A DNA stretch of 64,000 bases from Limisphaerales bacterium (GTDB lineage Bacteria > Verrucomicrobiota > Verrucomicrobiia > Limisphaerales > JAJOIW01). This document shows, in pieces, positions 9,691 to 19,158 of the stretch (positions within the stretch are counted from its first letter, which is position 1; each line of letters starts with the position of its first letter). Below the pieces are notes generated by a model. That model was not told the DNA's origin. It worked only from the letters and a program-made list of their open reading frames with translations, and searched no databases. A program made the position numbers and the translations under genes. Location of the stretch: contig CBFHOE010000007.1 of assembly GCA_965657355.1 (NCBI GenBank), positions 96,001-160,000 of the forward strand. The letters are read 5' to 3'.

Positions 9691-12600
9691 ATGCCCAAAC
9701 GATGGTTTTTACTTGTCACCGTTACTTTATTAAGTCTTTTTTTAGCCGACCTGGCGATAGCAAATCCCACAAAACTTTTTAATGGAATAAATCTAGATGG
9801 TTGGTCAGGCTCATCCAGTTCGTGGCGAGTTGAGTCAGGTCGAATTGTGGGAGAAATACCTGACAAATCCAATTTAAAAAATAATGAGTTCCTATTTTGG
9901 GATGGGATGGCTCATGACTTCGATTTAACTCTCAAATTCAAAATTGGTGGCCACCCAACGGCCAATTCGGGCATTCAGTATAGGTCAATTAAAGAACCAA
10001 ATGGTGGAGCATCCGGATACCAGGCCGATCTCGATATGGGTTCAACATGGGCCGGAAGGATTTATGACGAGCATCAGAGAGGTCTACTTTTGGAACGTGG
10101 AACAAAAGCAATTATTTTAGAGTCAGGGGTCAAAGAATCGACAGCATTTAAACCTGCTTCATTCTACAAAAGCGTATTTAAAAAGGATCAATGGAATAAA
10201 TATAGGATCAAGGCGGTTGGATCTAGAACGCAGGTTTGGTTAAACGACGAGTTAACAGCTGATTTAACAGATAGCGAAGCAGGAGAGATGGATCTATCTG
10301 GGAAGATAGCGTTACAACTCCACTCCGGGCCAGGCCCCGTGCGAATAGAGTTCAAAGATATTGTTTTTCATGACTTGGGCAAAACACCGTTACCTGAAGA
10401 CAGTAAAAAAAGAACTTTGGTCAGAGGTGGCGTATCACCAAAAGGCCTTAACCTTGGTTTTGAAGAAGGTTCTCTTGAAGGTTGGTCGACTAAAGGTGAG
10501 GTTTGGAAAGGTAATCCAGTAAAAGGCGATACTGTATTTGCGCGTGGGCGCGGACAAGTGAGCGGCCATGATGGAGAATTTTGGATCGGCGGATATGAAA
10601 AAAGTCTTTCAGACCAGGCACAGGGCGTGCTGACATCAGATTCTTTTGAAGTAATCCATCCGTATGCTAGTTTTCTAGTCGGTGGCGGTTCAACTCCAAA
10701 GACTCGGGTAGATATCATTTTAGATTCAGATCCCGATAATGTGATCTTTTCTGCCTCAGGCAAACAGATGGAAACCTTGCACACGGAATGGGTCGACCTG
10801 AGCAAATATTTAAATAAGCGCATCAAAATACGTGTGGTCGATGAAAGTTCAGGGCCTTGGGGGCATGTAAACTTTGATGATTTTAGGTTTCATAAAGAAA
10901 AGAACGATCAAAAACCAGCGCGCGTCATATCCAGTCCGATATTAAATCACCTTGTTGAAAACCCTGCTGATTTAGATTCTCTGGATCTCATGACGAGTAG
11001 CATGTGGGTTCCAAAAGGGTTTGAGGTTGAGAGGATAGCAAAACAACCCACAGTTACTCAGCCAATAGCCTTCACGTTTGACGAAAAAGGCCGTCTATGG
11101 ATTGCTGAGGCACACTCATACCCACAGAGACGTCCGAATGGCAAAGGATTGGATCGTATCATTATTTTAGAAGACACAGACGGCAATGGTACATTCGAAT
11201 CTAAGAAAACTTTTGCTACAGGCCTTAATTTAGTTAGCGGGCTTGAAGTTGGATATGGTGGTGTATGGGTTGGTGCTGCCCCCCATCTTTTGTATTTTCC
11301 CGACAAGGACCATAACGATGTTCCGGACGGCGAACCAAAAATCCTGCTTGATGGCTGGGGTTATCAAGATACGCACGAGACCCTTAATAGCTTTATTTGG
11401 GGACCTGACGGTTGGCTATATGGTAACCAGGGGGTGTTCTGTCGTTCCGAAATTGGAAAGCCTGGTGACGGGCCTGAGAAGAGAATCGTAATGCGAGCGG
11501 GTGTTTGGCGTTACCACCCTACGAGACATAAATTTGAGGTATTTTCTCGAGGTGGCAGTAATCAATGGGGCATCGATTTCAACGAGACTGGCCACATGTT
11601 TATTACCCACTGCAGAAGCGCATGGGGAAAAGGTTCTACAACATATGTTATCAGAAACGGTCATTACTGGAATCAGTCAAATAGTCACCATGCCTCATTC
11701 ATAGCATCCGGGCCAGCTGGTTATAATCCCAGCACTAATAACAAGTTCAGAAATTTTTTATTAGCCTCTGCATTTTATGGACATGGTGAAGGTGGTGCGG
11801 GGCGTGCTGGATCGCGACAAATATACGGAGGGCATGCGCATGTCGGGACGATGATCTACCTTGGAAATAATTGGCCGTCACAGTATAGAAACCAACTCTT
11901 TACGCACAACCTTCACGGCCATCAAATGAATCGAGAAATCAATCGAAGGTTCGGTTCTGGATATGAGACTATTCCTAGCGGAAAAGATCATCTCTACGTG
12001 CCGTCCCCTGAATTTATCGGAGTGGATCTCAAATACGGTCCAGAGGGTGCGGTCTACTTCATTGATTGGACAGATAGCCAACATTGTCATAACCGTAATT
12101 TGGAAGTTTGGAATAGAGCGGATGGTGGAGTTTTCAGAATGTCATGGAAAAAAACCTTTGAGCCCGGAAATGTTGATCTCACTTCCGCCACCACGCAGCA
12201 ACTTGTCAAATATGTCATTTCTAAAAATGAATGGTACTCAAGGACAGCACGAAGACTCCTTCATGAGAGAGGGGATAAAAAGGCTGTAAGATTCCTTAGA
12301 AGGCAATTAAAAAAATCAAATGATACAGCTGAAGAATTACGATTGTTATGGACACTTCATTTACTCGGCGACAAGAAAACCATTAACCAATCGATCTCAC
12401 ATGACTCAGAGGAAGTGAGAGCTTGGGCTATTCGCTTAAGTCAAGAATCTGGCGAACTCGACTCCAACAAACTAGCGGGATTAGCACAAAATGATTCTTC
12501 ATCGATGGTCCGTTTGGAGATTGCCTCCAGCCTACCTCAATTATCTGAAAATGTGCGGTGGAAGGCAGCTCGCGTGCTGGCAACTCGAGTAGAAGATAAA

Positions 12601-13836
12601 GATGACCCATTTCTTCCAAAAATGATTTGGTATGGAATAGCAGATTTAGTGTATTCCGATGTAGATAAAGCGATTGAAATTGCAAGTATGACCAAAATGA
12701 ATGATTTGAAAGAGTCGATCTATTGGTATTTGAGTCGCAGCCCTTCGGGACGTGAATCCATAATCTCAGGATTAGTCAATAAGTCCATTACCCATCCTGC
12801 GGGAAGAGTCCTGTTGCTTATGGACGAATCTTTATCTCAAACCAAAAATTTAGAAGCCCCCAAAAACTGGAGCACAGTGGTTGCAATGTATCAGTCTGAA
12901 AATACAGCCGAAAGCATCAATTCACTAAGCTCCATTTTTGGGGATGAAGGGACATTATCCGTTATGCGCGAAATTATGGTGAACAAATCGCTTCCCTTTG
13001 AAAAACGACTTTCAGCAATGAATAGCCTAATGTCTCAAGGTGACGATAAGTCTATCGATCAGCTCATTGAAATGCTCGATGGAAAGCAATTTCGAGTTCA
13101 TGTTGTCGGGGCTCTATCTCGCTTTAATGATCCAAGAATACCAGAAGCCCTCATTCCTCTGATCCGTAATACGCCAAAGAAAGACCAGGGTCCGGTTATC
13201 AGGGCATTGGCTTCTCAACCGATTTCGGCGACCGCTCTACTTTTGAAGATAAAGAACGGAGATTTGAAAAAATCCATTCTCAATTCTCTCCACGTCAGGC
13301 AAATGCAGAACTTAAACGAAAGCTCCCTAAATAAACTACTCGCGAATGTCTGGGGTAAGGCCGTGCAATCTAGTGAAGCCAATAGAAAAAAATCAGCTGC
13401 TTACCTAAAAACTTTTAATGAGGCACCCAAATGGGCGCATAAATCAGAGGACGGGCAAGAAGTGTATCATCGACTCTGCTCAAGTTGCCATGTAATAAAT
13501 GGAAATGGAATCGACCTAGGCCCAGAACTTACCGGCTCAGGAGCGAACGGTGCAGCATACTTTATTGAAAATATAGTCGATCCAAATTCTGTAGTCGGGG
13601 AAAACTTTCAACTCAACATCATAACCACAAAAGATGGTTCTGTGATATCAGGCATGGTTGCTGATGAATCAGATCAGGTTCTCTCCGTTAGGACTGTGGA
13701 TCAATTGGTCAATATTCAAAAATCTCAAGTCAAAGAAAGAAACACACTTGAGCAGAGTATGATGCCGGCTGGACTTTTAGATACACTCAGTGAAAAAGAA
13801 GTTGTAGACTTACTAAAATTTCTGACTAGCAATTGA
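9691..13836 (+). CDS. DUF1080 + beta-sandwich + PVC-type beta-propeller/HEAT/heme-c (membrane-bound dehydrogenase-like) fusion protein
   Basis: Signal peptide; LFNGINLDGW/NSGIQYR/GYQAD/LQLH (DUF1080); PKGFEVE-QPIAFTFDEKGRLW, WGPDGWLY propeller; HEAT repeats; CSSCH, GPELT, SMMPAGL. Confidence 0.85.
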   Translation: MPKRWFLLVTVTLLSLFLADLAIANPTKLFNGINLDGWSGSSSSWRVESGRIVGEIPDKSNLKNNEFLFWDGMAHDFDLTLKFKIGGHPTANSGIQYRSIKEPNGGASGYQADLDMGSTWAGRIYDEHQRGLLLERGTKAIILESGVKESTAFKPASFYKSVFKKDQWNKYRIKAVGSRTQVWLNDELTADLTDSEAGEMDLSGKIALQLHSGPGPVRIEFKDIVFHDLGKTPLPEDSKKRTLVRGGVSPKGLNLGFEEGSLEGWSTKGEVWKGNPVKGDTVFARGRGQVSGHDGEFWIGGYEKSLSDQAQGVLTSDSFEVIHPYASFLVGGGSTPKTRVDIILDSDPDNVIFSASGKQMETLHTEWVDLSKYLNKRIKIRVVDESSGPWGHVNFDDFRFHKEKNDQKPARVISSPILNHLVENPADLDSLDLMTSSMWVPKGFEVERIAKQPTVTQPIAFTFDEKGRLWIAEAHSYPQRRPNGKGLDRIIILEDTDGNGTFESKKTFATGLNLVSGLEVGYGGVWVGAAPHLLYFPDKDHNDVPDGEPKILLDGWGYQDTHETLNSFIWGPDGWLYGNQGVFCRSEIGKPGDGPEKRIVMRAGVWRYHPTRHKFEVFSRGGSNQWGIDFNETGHMFITHCRSAWGKGSTTYVIRNGHYWNQSNSHHASFIASGPAGYNPSTNNKFRNFLLASAFYGHGEGGAGRAGSRQIYGGHAHVGTMIYLGNNWPSQYRNQLFTHNLHGHQMNREINRRFGSGYETIPSGKDHLYVPSPEFIGVDLKYGPEGAVYFIDWTDSQHCHNRNLEVWNRADGGVFRMSWKKTFEPGNVDLTSATTQQLVKYVISKNEWYSRTARRLLHERGDKKAVRFLRRQLKKSNDTAEELRLLWTLHLLGDKKTINQSISHDSEEVRAWAIRLSQESGELDSNKLAGLAQNDSSSMVRLEIASSLPQLSENVRWKAARVLATRVEDKDDPFLPKMIWYGIADLVYSDVDKAIEIASMTKMNDLKESIYWYLSRSPSGRESIISGLVNKSITHPAGRVLLLMDESLSQTKNLEAPKNWSTVVAMYQSENTAESINSLSSIFGDEGTLSVMREIMVNKSLPFEKRLSAMNSLMSQGDDKSIDQLIEMLDGKQFRVHVVGALSRFNDPRIPEALIPLIRNTPKKDQGPVIRALASQPISATALLLKIKNGDLKKSILNSLHVRQMQNLNESSLNKLLANVWGKAVQSSEANRKKSAAYLKTFNEAPKWAHKSEDGQEVYHRLCSSCHVINGNGIDLGPELTGSGANGAAYFIENIVDPNSVVGENFQLNIITTKDGSVISGMVADESDQVLSVRTVDQLVNIQKSQVKERNTLEQSMMPAGLLDTLSEKEVVDLLKFLTSN

Positions 13837-13908
13837 CAGAGCATGAAAGAAATCTCATCGCATATTGTATTAGAGTAGAAATGGAAACTAAGCTAAGCCT
13901 GTAATGGA

Positions 13909-14544
13909 TTAAGGATTCAATCTCTCTGATTTCCATTTCCCTCCTTCACTGCTATATCTAAATCGATCATGAAGCCTACTTTGTCTGCCTTGCCAAAACT
14001 CAATTTCAGTGGGGGTAACCGCATACCCACCCCAATGCTCTGGATACGGAATTTCCTGGCCGTCCCACTTAATTTTTAATTCATCAAACTTTTCGTCCAG
14101 TTGTTTTCTAGAGAGGAGAGGCTGAGATTGGTACGATGCCCAGGCACCAATTTGACTTAGTCGAGGGCGGCTGTGAAAATACTCTTTTGATTTTTCCAAC
14201 GAAGCTTTTTTACAAATACCTTTGACCCGTATCTGTCTTTCTATTTCAGGCCAGAAAAAATTCATTCCAATGCCTGGATTTCTTTCTAACTCTTTTGCTT
14301 TGTCGGAATCGTAATTTGTAAAAAAGTAGAAATCACCGTCTTCTATGGTCTTAAGTAGAAGTACCCTGGAGCTTGGAATACCGTCAAGACCGATGGTGGA
14401 GACTGTCATAGCTGTAGGTTCACATACCCCCAACTCGAGAGCAGAGCTCATCCAGGTTTCAAAGAGATCAAGTGGCTCCTCTGTTAGGTTCTCCTTGTAA
14501 AGCCCGTTCTTGGTGTATTCCTGTCTGACATCGCTTAGATTCAC
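13909..14544 (-). CDS. pdxH: Pyridoxamine 5'-phosphate oxidase
   Basis: RVLLLK, FFTNYDSDK, RQIR, YFHSRP, QIGAWAS, WGGY, IEFWQGRQSRLHDR, RLNP; GTG start. Confidence 0.95.
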   Translation of the reverse strand: MNLSDVRQEYTKNGLYKENLTEEPLDLFETWMSSALELGVCEPTAMTVSTIGLDGIPSSRVLLLKTIEDGDFYFFTNYDSDKAKELERNPGIGMNFFWPEIERQIRVKGICKKASLEKSKEYFHSRPRLSQIGAWASYQSQPLLSRKQLDEKFDELKIKWDGQEIPYPEHWGGYAVTPTEIEFWQGRQSRLHDRFRYSSEGGKWKSERLNP

Positions 14545-14557
14545 TATGCAAATTTTT

Positions 14558-15106
14558 TTATGATTGAATCATTCCGGTTTGGCGGGCGTAGTTGAAAATG
14601 CCACCAGCATCGACAACGGGCCTGACATCGCCAAGAGATTTAAATTCATAAACCTTGCCTGTATCTCTAACAGTTAGGGTATTCGCATCAAGATCAACGA
14701 CCAAGTAATCGCCAGTCTGAATTTCTTCGCAGAGCCTTTCCATGAGCTCACACGGATAAAGCTCACCAGTTGCAACGCAGTTTCTGAAAAATATTCTAGC
14801 AAAGCTTTCAGCCAAAACGACCTTAACGCCAGCAGACCCCATGGCTATGGGGGCGTGCTCACGACTAGAACCACAACCCATGTTGCGGCCGCAGAGAACG
14901 ATGGGGAATTTGGTGTTCATTTCCCCTTCGTCTACAAATTTTTCCGGATAAAGTGAGTCGGGTAGTCCAATGAGTGCATAACTACCCAGTTTCTCGTATT
15001 CCTCTTTTATAGTAGGCACAAGATTTAAATACTGAGCCGGAATGATTTGATCTGTATCAATGTTGTCTTTTACAACGTAAACTGGTCCTTCAATTTTCGA
15101 TGCCAT
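14558..15106 (-). CDS. leuD: 3-isopropylmalate dehydratase small subunit (plant-like type)
   Basis: DNIDTDQIIPA, NMGCGSSREHAP, SFARIFFRN; true start MASKIEG at 15106 (the track's longer ORF overlaps the neighbour). Confidence 0.9.
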   Translation of the reverse strand: MASKIEGPVYVVKDNIDTDQIIPAQYLNLVPTIKEEYEKLGSYALIGLPDSLYPEKFVDEGEMNTKFPIVLCGRNMGCGSSREHAPIAMGSAGVKVVLAESFARIFFRNCVATGELYPCELMERLCEEIQTGDYLVVDLDANTLTVRDTGKVYEFKSLGDVRPVVDAGGIFNYARQTGMIQS

Positions 15107-15113
15107 TTCCGAT

Positions 15114-15142
15114 AATATAACGATTTTATTCCTCCTGAGCAA
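15114..15142 (-). promoter_or_regulatory. Candidate promoter for leuD-pdxH (near-leaderless)
   Basis: Minus strand TTGCTC-N17-TATATT-N7-ATG. Confidence 0.5.
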
Positions 15143-15186
15143 TCCCTCAAAAGGAGAATTCACAATCACTTTGTTTCCACGAGCGT

Positions 15187-17520
15187 TTGTCGACCATTCC
15201 ATGTTATGGAAGTGTGCCCGACAGAGGGCAAATAGCTTTTGCACAGGGTTCAAGAACCGTATCTCAAATGTTGACTGGTTTGGAATCAGGAGAAAACTAT
15301 CGACTCCAATTTTTCTATAATGTGAGAAACTGTTGCGGAGGAACAATGGGTTTTACAGCAAAAGTTGACGGTTTCGAACTCGAATCGGTTGCTGAAATTA
15401 GCCCATTAGGTGGAGCAAACCCTTATCATTTTAGGAGCTGGGATTTCACGGCCGATAATGACGAAGTTCTCTTAGAAATTGTTAGTGAAGCAGCTGGCGA
15501 TGCTACTCTGTTAGTCGACGCTGTTACGGTTATTCCCATTGGAGAGGATCACGTAAATATTGCTAATGCTAGTTTTGAAGCGAGTGATATTCCCCCATCA
15601 CCAGGATATATCAACCCAGATGGATTAGCTGGGTGGACAGGAACAGGCGGATATGGAGTCAACTTCACAGGTGCAGGCCCATTTGCTGACAATGGTATCA
15701 ACAGTGACCAGGACCTTGTCGCATTTATTCAAGGAAAAGGCAGTTTGAGTCAGACCCTCACAGGGCTACTCAATGGTCAAAATTACAATTTGAAAGTAGC
15801 TGTTAATGCAAGATCCGGTAATGCTCCAATTTTGAGGATCTCAGCTGGTGAAAATATTATCTACGACGAAGCGGTCGAACCAGTTGGTGGGACTGAGCCT
15901 TATGAGCAAGTTGAGGCTAATTTCGTCGCCGAAGCGAGCACGGTTGATTTAAAGTTTGAGCAAATCGCCGAAGGCGATAATACGGTCCTACTTGATAATG
16001 TTACCTTAGTTGGGGAAGCAGTAAATATCCCACCCGTATCTATTTCAATAGATGAAATCTCTCTTCCTGCAGGAACCGCCAATGGCAGCTTTGTGATAAC
16101 CATACCAGAACTCCTCACAATGGATGAAGACGCTGTCATAAAAATCATCAGTCAAAACCCAGAGGTAGCATCTCCAGTAGGGGCGGAAGAAGGAGCTCTT
16201 ACTTTGACGTATCAACAGGGCGGCGATTTAGAGAAAACCATTGAAATAATCGCTAATAGCAGAGGCAACACAACATTCTTACTGGAAGGCCCTAATGGCG
16301 TCTCATTCAATCCATCAACGATTCAAGTTTCTGTGATCACGAGTTTAGTTCGAAATCCTAGTTTCGAATCGAATTACAACTCAACATTCCCCAGTTACTC
16401 ACCCATTGCTTCCTGGGTTGATGGCGATTCAGGAAACCAAGGTGTGAATGAGGCGAACGGCCCTTTTCATGATAACGGAATCATACCTGACAGAGGTCGT
16501 GTTGGGTTCATCCAAACATCAAATAGCTTGCACCAAGATATCGTCGGATTGACTCCGGGGCAAAGTTACCTCCTGGAATTTTATTATAATGCCAGGAGCT
16601 ATGGCTCTGAAAACATTGTAGACATGTCAATAAACTTCAATGAAGAGGAGGTAGATACGATTCTTGATATCAACCCAGTTGGAGAGGACGCCCCATATAA
16701 TTATGCTCGATATGTCGTCACTGCCACTGAGGAAACTGCAAGATTGGAATTCGTGACCAATGCTCAGGGTGACGCGACTGTTCTACTTGACGCCGTTTCA
16801 CTATCCCCAGCGATTGAGGGACAAATTTTATTGGCAAACTCAAGTTTTGAAGCCTCCGGAATAGTTAAACAATTCCCCGGTTATATTCAACCAGCACCAA
16901 TCGCGGGGTGGATGATGGCAGGCAGCTATGGTGTGAATGTATCTGGTGAAGGGCCATTCGCCGACAATGGATCAAATCCTGATCAGGACCTTGTTTTATT
17001 CCTTCAAGGTGCCGATTCATCTGCTTCACAAGTTGTTTCTGGGCTCTCCGAAGGTGAATCTTACATCATTGAGGTGGCAGCAAACGCTAGAGTTGGAAAC
17101 ATCCCGTCGCTGGATATTGCCGTAAATGATTCCTCTACATTAAGAAGAACGATTACTCCGGTTGAGGGAGCAAATCCTTATCACAGCATTATAACAGGAT
17201 TCACAGCCAATTCAGATACCGCTGTAATTAAACTCTCCCAAGTTGCAGAGGGCGATCAAACTGTTCTATTGGACTTGGTAAAGGTCTATCCAGGATTACC
17301 ACCTCAAGAGGCACCAGAATTGATCATACGTGGAGGTGAAGACTCAGTTGCCCTTTCATGGGACACTGACGCGGATAATGTGGAGCTTCTTTCGGCACCA
17401 TCAATTGATGGCCCCTGGACGGTCGTTACTCTTCCAGCTGTTGAAAATAATGGCTTATTGACGGTTACTGTTGCAACCTCACAAGAGGTTCAGTTTTTCA
17501 AATTGATAACTGCCGAATAA
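15187..17520 (+). CDS. Acidic repeat protein with four DUF642/galactose-binding-like domains and a Verrucomicrobia-type C-terminal domain; probably 5'-truncated
   Basis: Repeats of N.SFE...GVN..GPF.DNG..PD..V.F.Q...GL..G..Y.L...NAR...LLD.V; first repeat lacks its N-terminal part; no signal peptide; in-frame TGA at 15136. Confidence 0.75.
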   Translation: MSTIPCYGSVPDRGQIAFAQGSRTVSQMLTGLESGENYRLQFFYNVRNCCGGTMGFTAKVDGFELESVAEISPLGGANPYHFRSWDFTADNDEVLLEIVSEAAGDATLLVDAVTVIPIGEDHVNIANASFEASDIPPSPGYINPDGLAGWTGTGGYGVNFTGAGPFADNGINSDQDLVAFIQGKGSLSQTLTGLLNGQNYNLKVAVNARSGNAPILRISAGENIIYDEAVEPVGGTEPYEQVEANFVAEASTVDLKFEQIAEGDNTVLLDNVTLVGEAVNIPPVSISIDEISLPAGTANGSFVITIPELLTMDEDAVIKIISQNPEVASPVGAEEGALTLTYQQGGDLEKTIEIIANSRGNTTFLLEGPNGVSFNPSTIQVSVITSLVRNPSFESNYNSTFPSYSPIASWVDGDSGNQGVNEANGPFHDNGIIPDRGRVGFIQTSNSLHQDIVGLTPGQSYLLEFYYNARSYGSENIVDMSINFNEEEVDTILDINPVGEDAPYNYARYVVTATEETARLEFVTNAQGDATVLLDAVSLSPAIEGQILLANSSFEASGIVKQFPGYIQPAPIAGWMMAGSYGVNVSGEGPFADNGSNPDQDLVLFLQGADSSASQVVSGLSEGESYIIEVAANARVGNIPSLDIAVNDSSTLRRTITPVEGANPYHSIITGFTANSDTAVIKLSQVAEGDQTVLLDLVKVYPGLPPQEAPELIIRGGEDSVALSWDTDADNVELLSAPSIDGPWTVVTLPAVENNGLLTVTVATSQEVQFFKLITAE

Positions 17521-17552
17521 GAAAGATAGTAAACTAATTAACCTTATCTCAC

Positions 17553-17580
17553 ATAGGACCAGGTTTATACCTGGTCCTAT
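17553..17580. terminator. Perfect hairpin between convergent genes (likely terminator)
   Basis: ATAGGACCAGGT-TTAT-ACCTGGTCCTAT. Confidence 0.65.
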
Positions 17581-19140
17581 CTATTTTGCGTGCCATTCAA
17601 AAAATTTTCTAAGTAGATTCAAAACCTTTGGTGTTACTGCAGATTTTTTATATTGATCGCCCAATTGTCGGATGGCTTCTCCTTGTGTTGGGTAGGGATG
17701 AATTGTTGCCGCTAACTTTTTTAGTCCAATACGATGTGTCATCGCCATAGTCAGATGTGAAATAAAATCACCCGCATTTTTTCCGACTACGGTTGCCCCG
17801 AGAATTTTATCTGACCCTTTTTTATGATGGACACGCACAAAGCCCTCAACCTCCCCTTCAAGAATGGAACGATGAATCTCACAAAAATTTTTAGTGATTG
17901 AAGAAATTTCGATTCCCATACTTTGAGCTTCTTCTGGATAGATTCCAACATGAGCAAGCTCGGGATCAGTATATGTGGCCCACGGAATGATTAAATTACT
18001 TAAGCGTGACCTACCGAAAAATAAAGCATTCGCAATCACTGTCCGCGCCATAAAATCAGCAGAGTGGGTAAATTTATACCGTGAACAAACATCTCCAGCA
18101 GCGTATATATTTTTGTTTGAAGTCTGTAATTTATCATTAACTGCAATTCCATTTTTAAGATCGTATTCGACCCATGCATTTTCCAATCCAATACCGTCAA
18201 CGTTGGGAGCTCTTCCAGCTGCTATCAAAAGTTTGTCTATAATACCTTCCTCTGGCTCGCCACCAGAGGAGTGGAAAAATTTTACTTGTTTATTATCAGC
18301 ATTAAACTTGAGGTTGTTCACGCTTAGCCGAACGTCGACACCATCGTTAACAAGAGATTTCTGCACAATAAGAGCCGCATCTTTTTCTTCTCTATTTAGA
18401 ATATGACTAGACTTCTCGAATAAAGTAACTCCAGAACCAAATCGAGCGAATGTTTGAGCCATTTCAGCACCTATGGGCCCTCCACCGACGATTCCTAATT
18501 TCTTAGGGAGCTCAGTCATTGAAAATAGATTTTCATTTGTCAGGTAATCCACTTCTTCAAGACCTGGAATAATTGGCGCGGAGGCTCTAGCTCCAGTAGC
18601 GATCACTGCTTTTTTAAATCTCAGAATTTTATCACCAACAGAAATTCTTTTTCCGTCTACGAAATGAGCATGTCCGAAAAATAGATCCACACCAAGTGAC
18701 TTAAATCGCTCTGCCGAGTCATCCACGCTGATATCAGATCGAAGTCTTCTCATCCTTTCCATAACCTTAGAAAAATTTATGGAGGAGTCATCCGATACTT
18801 TAACACCGAATCGCTTAGATTTTTGGACTTGAGCAAAATTACGAGCAGCTGCAACAATTGCCTTGGAAGGAACACATCCAACATTCAAACAGTCCCCCCC
18901 CATCTTCTCTCTTTCAATCAATGCCACACTGGCGCCTAATCCAGCAGCAACGGCTGCTGTAACAAGCCCGGCCGTCCCGGCACCAATAACCACCAAATTA
19001 TAGACCTTCGAGGGTTCTGGGTTTTCCCAATCGCGAGGGCAAACACGCCCCTCTAGAACCGGATCATAAAAGCCTTCTGATTGAGACATAATTGAATCAC
19101 TTTTATTTGCCTGATTCACTGTAGAAGTTTTATTAGTCAT
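17581..19140 (-). CDS. Class I pyridine nucleotide-disulfide oxidoreductase (mercuric-reductase-like/Lpd-like)
   Basis: GAGTAG, GGDCLNVGCVPSK redox disulfide, GGGPIG, AAGD, HPYPTQGE; no C-terminal Cys-Cys, so not a true MerA. Confidence 0.85.
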   Translation of the reverse strand: MTNKTSTVNQANKSDSIMSQSEGFYDPVLEGRVCPRDWENPEPSKVYNLVVIGAGTAGLVTAAVAAGLGASVALIEREKMGGDCLNVGCVPSKAIVAAARNFAQVQKSKRFGVKVSDDSSINFSKVMERMRRLRSDISVDDSAERFKSLGVDLFFGHAHFVDGKRISVGDKILRFKKAVIATGARASAPIIPGLEEVDYLTNENLFSMTELPKKLGIVGGGPIGAEMAQTFARFGSGVTLFEKSSHILNREEKDAALIVQKSLVNDGVDVRLSVNNLKFNADNKQVKFFHSSGGEPEEGIIDKLLIAAGRAPNVDGIGLENAWVEYDLKNGIAVNDKLQTSNKNIYAAGDVCSRYKFTHSADFMARTVIANALFFGRSRLSNLIIPWATYTDPELAHVGIYPEEAQSMGIEISSITKNFCEIHRSILEGEVEGFVRVHHKKGSDKILGATVVGKNAGDFISHLTMAMTHRIGLKKLAATIHPYPTQGEAIRQLGDQYKKSAVTPKVLNLLRKFFEWHAK

Positions 19141-19158
19141 GACAAAGGAGGTTAAGAA

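Noticed and set aside
15107..15346. 80-aa N-terminal extension of LeuD in the ORF track
   Set aside because: Overlaps the opposite-strand gene and a good promoter; LeuD similarity starts at MASKIEG (15106)
17581..19140. merA call
   Set aside because: No C-terminal Cys-Cys, no NmerA domain, no mer operon
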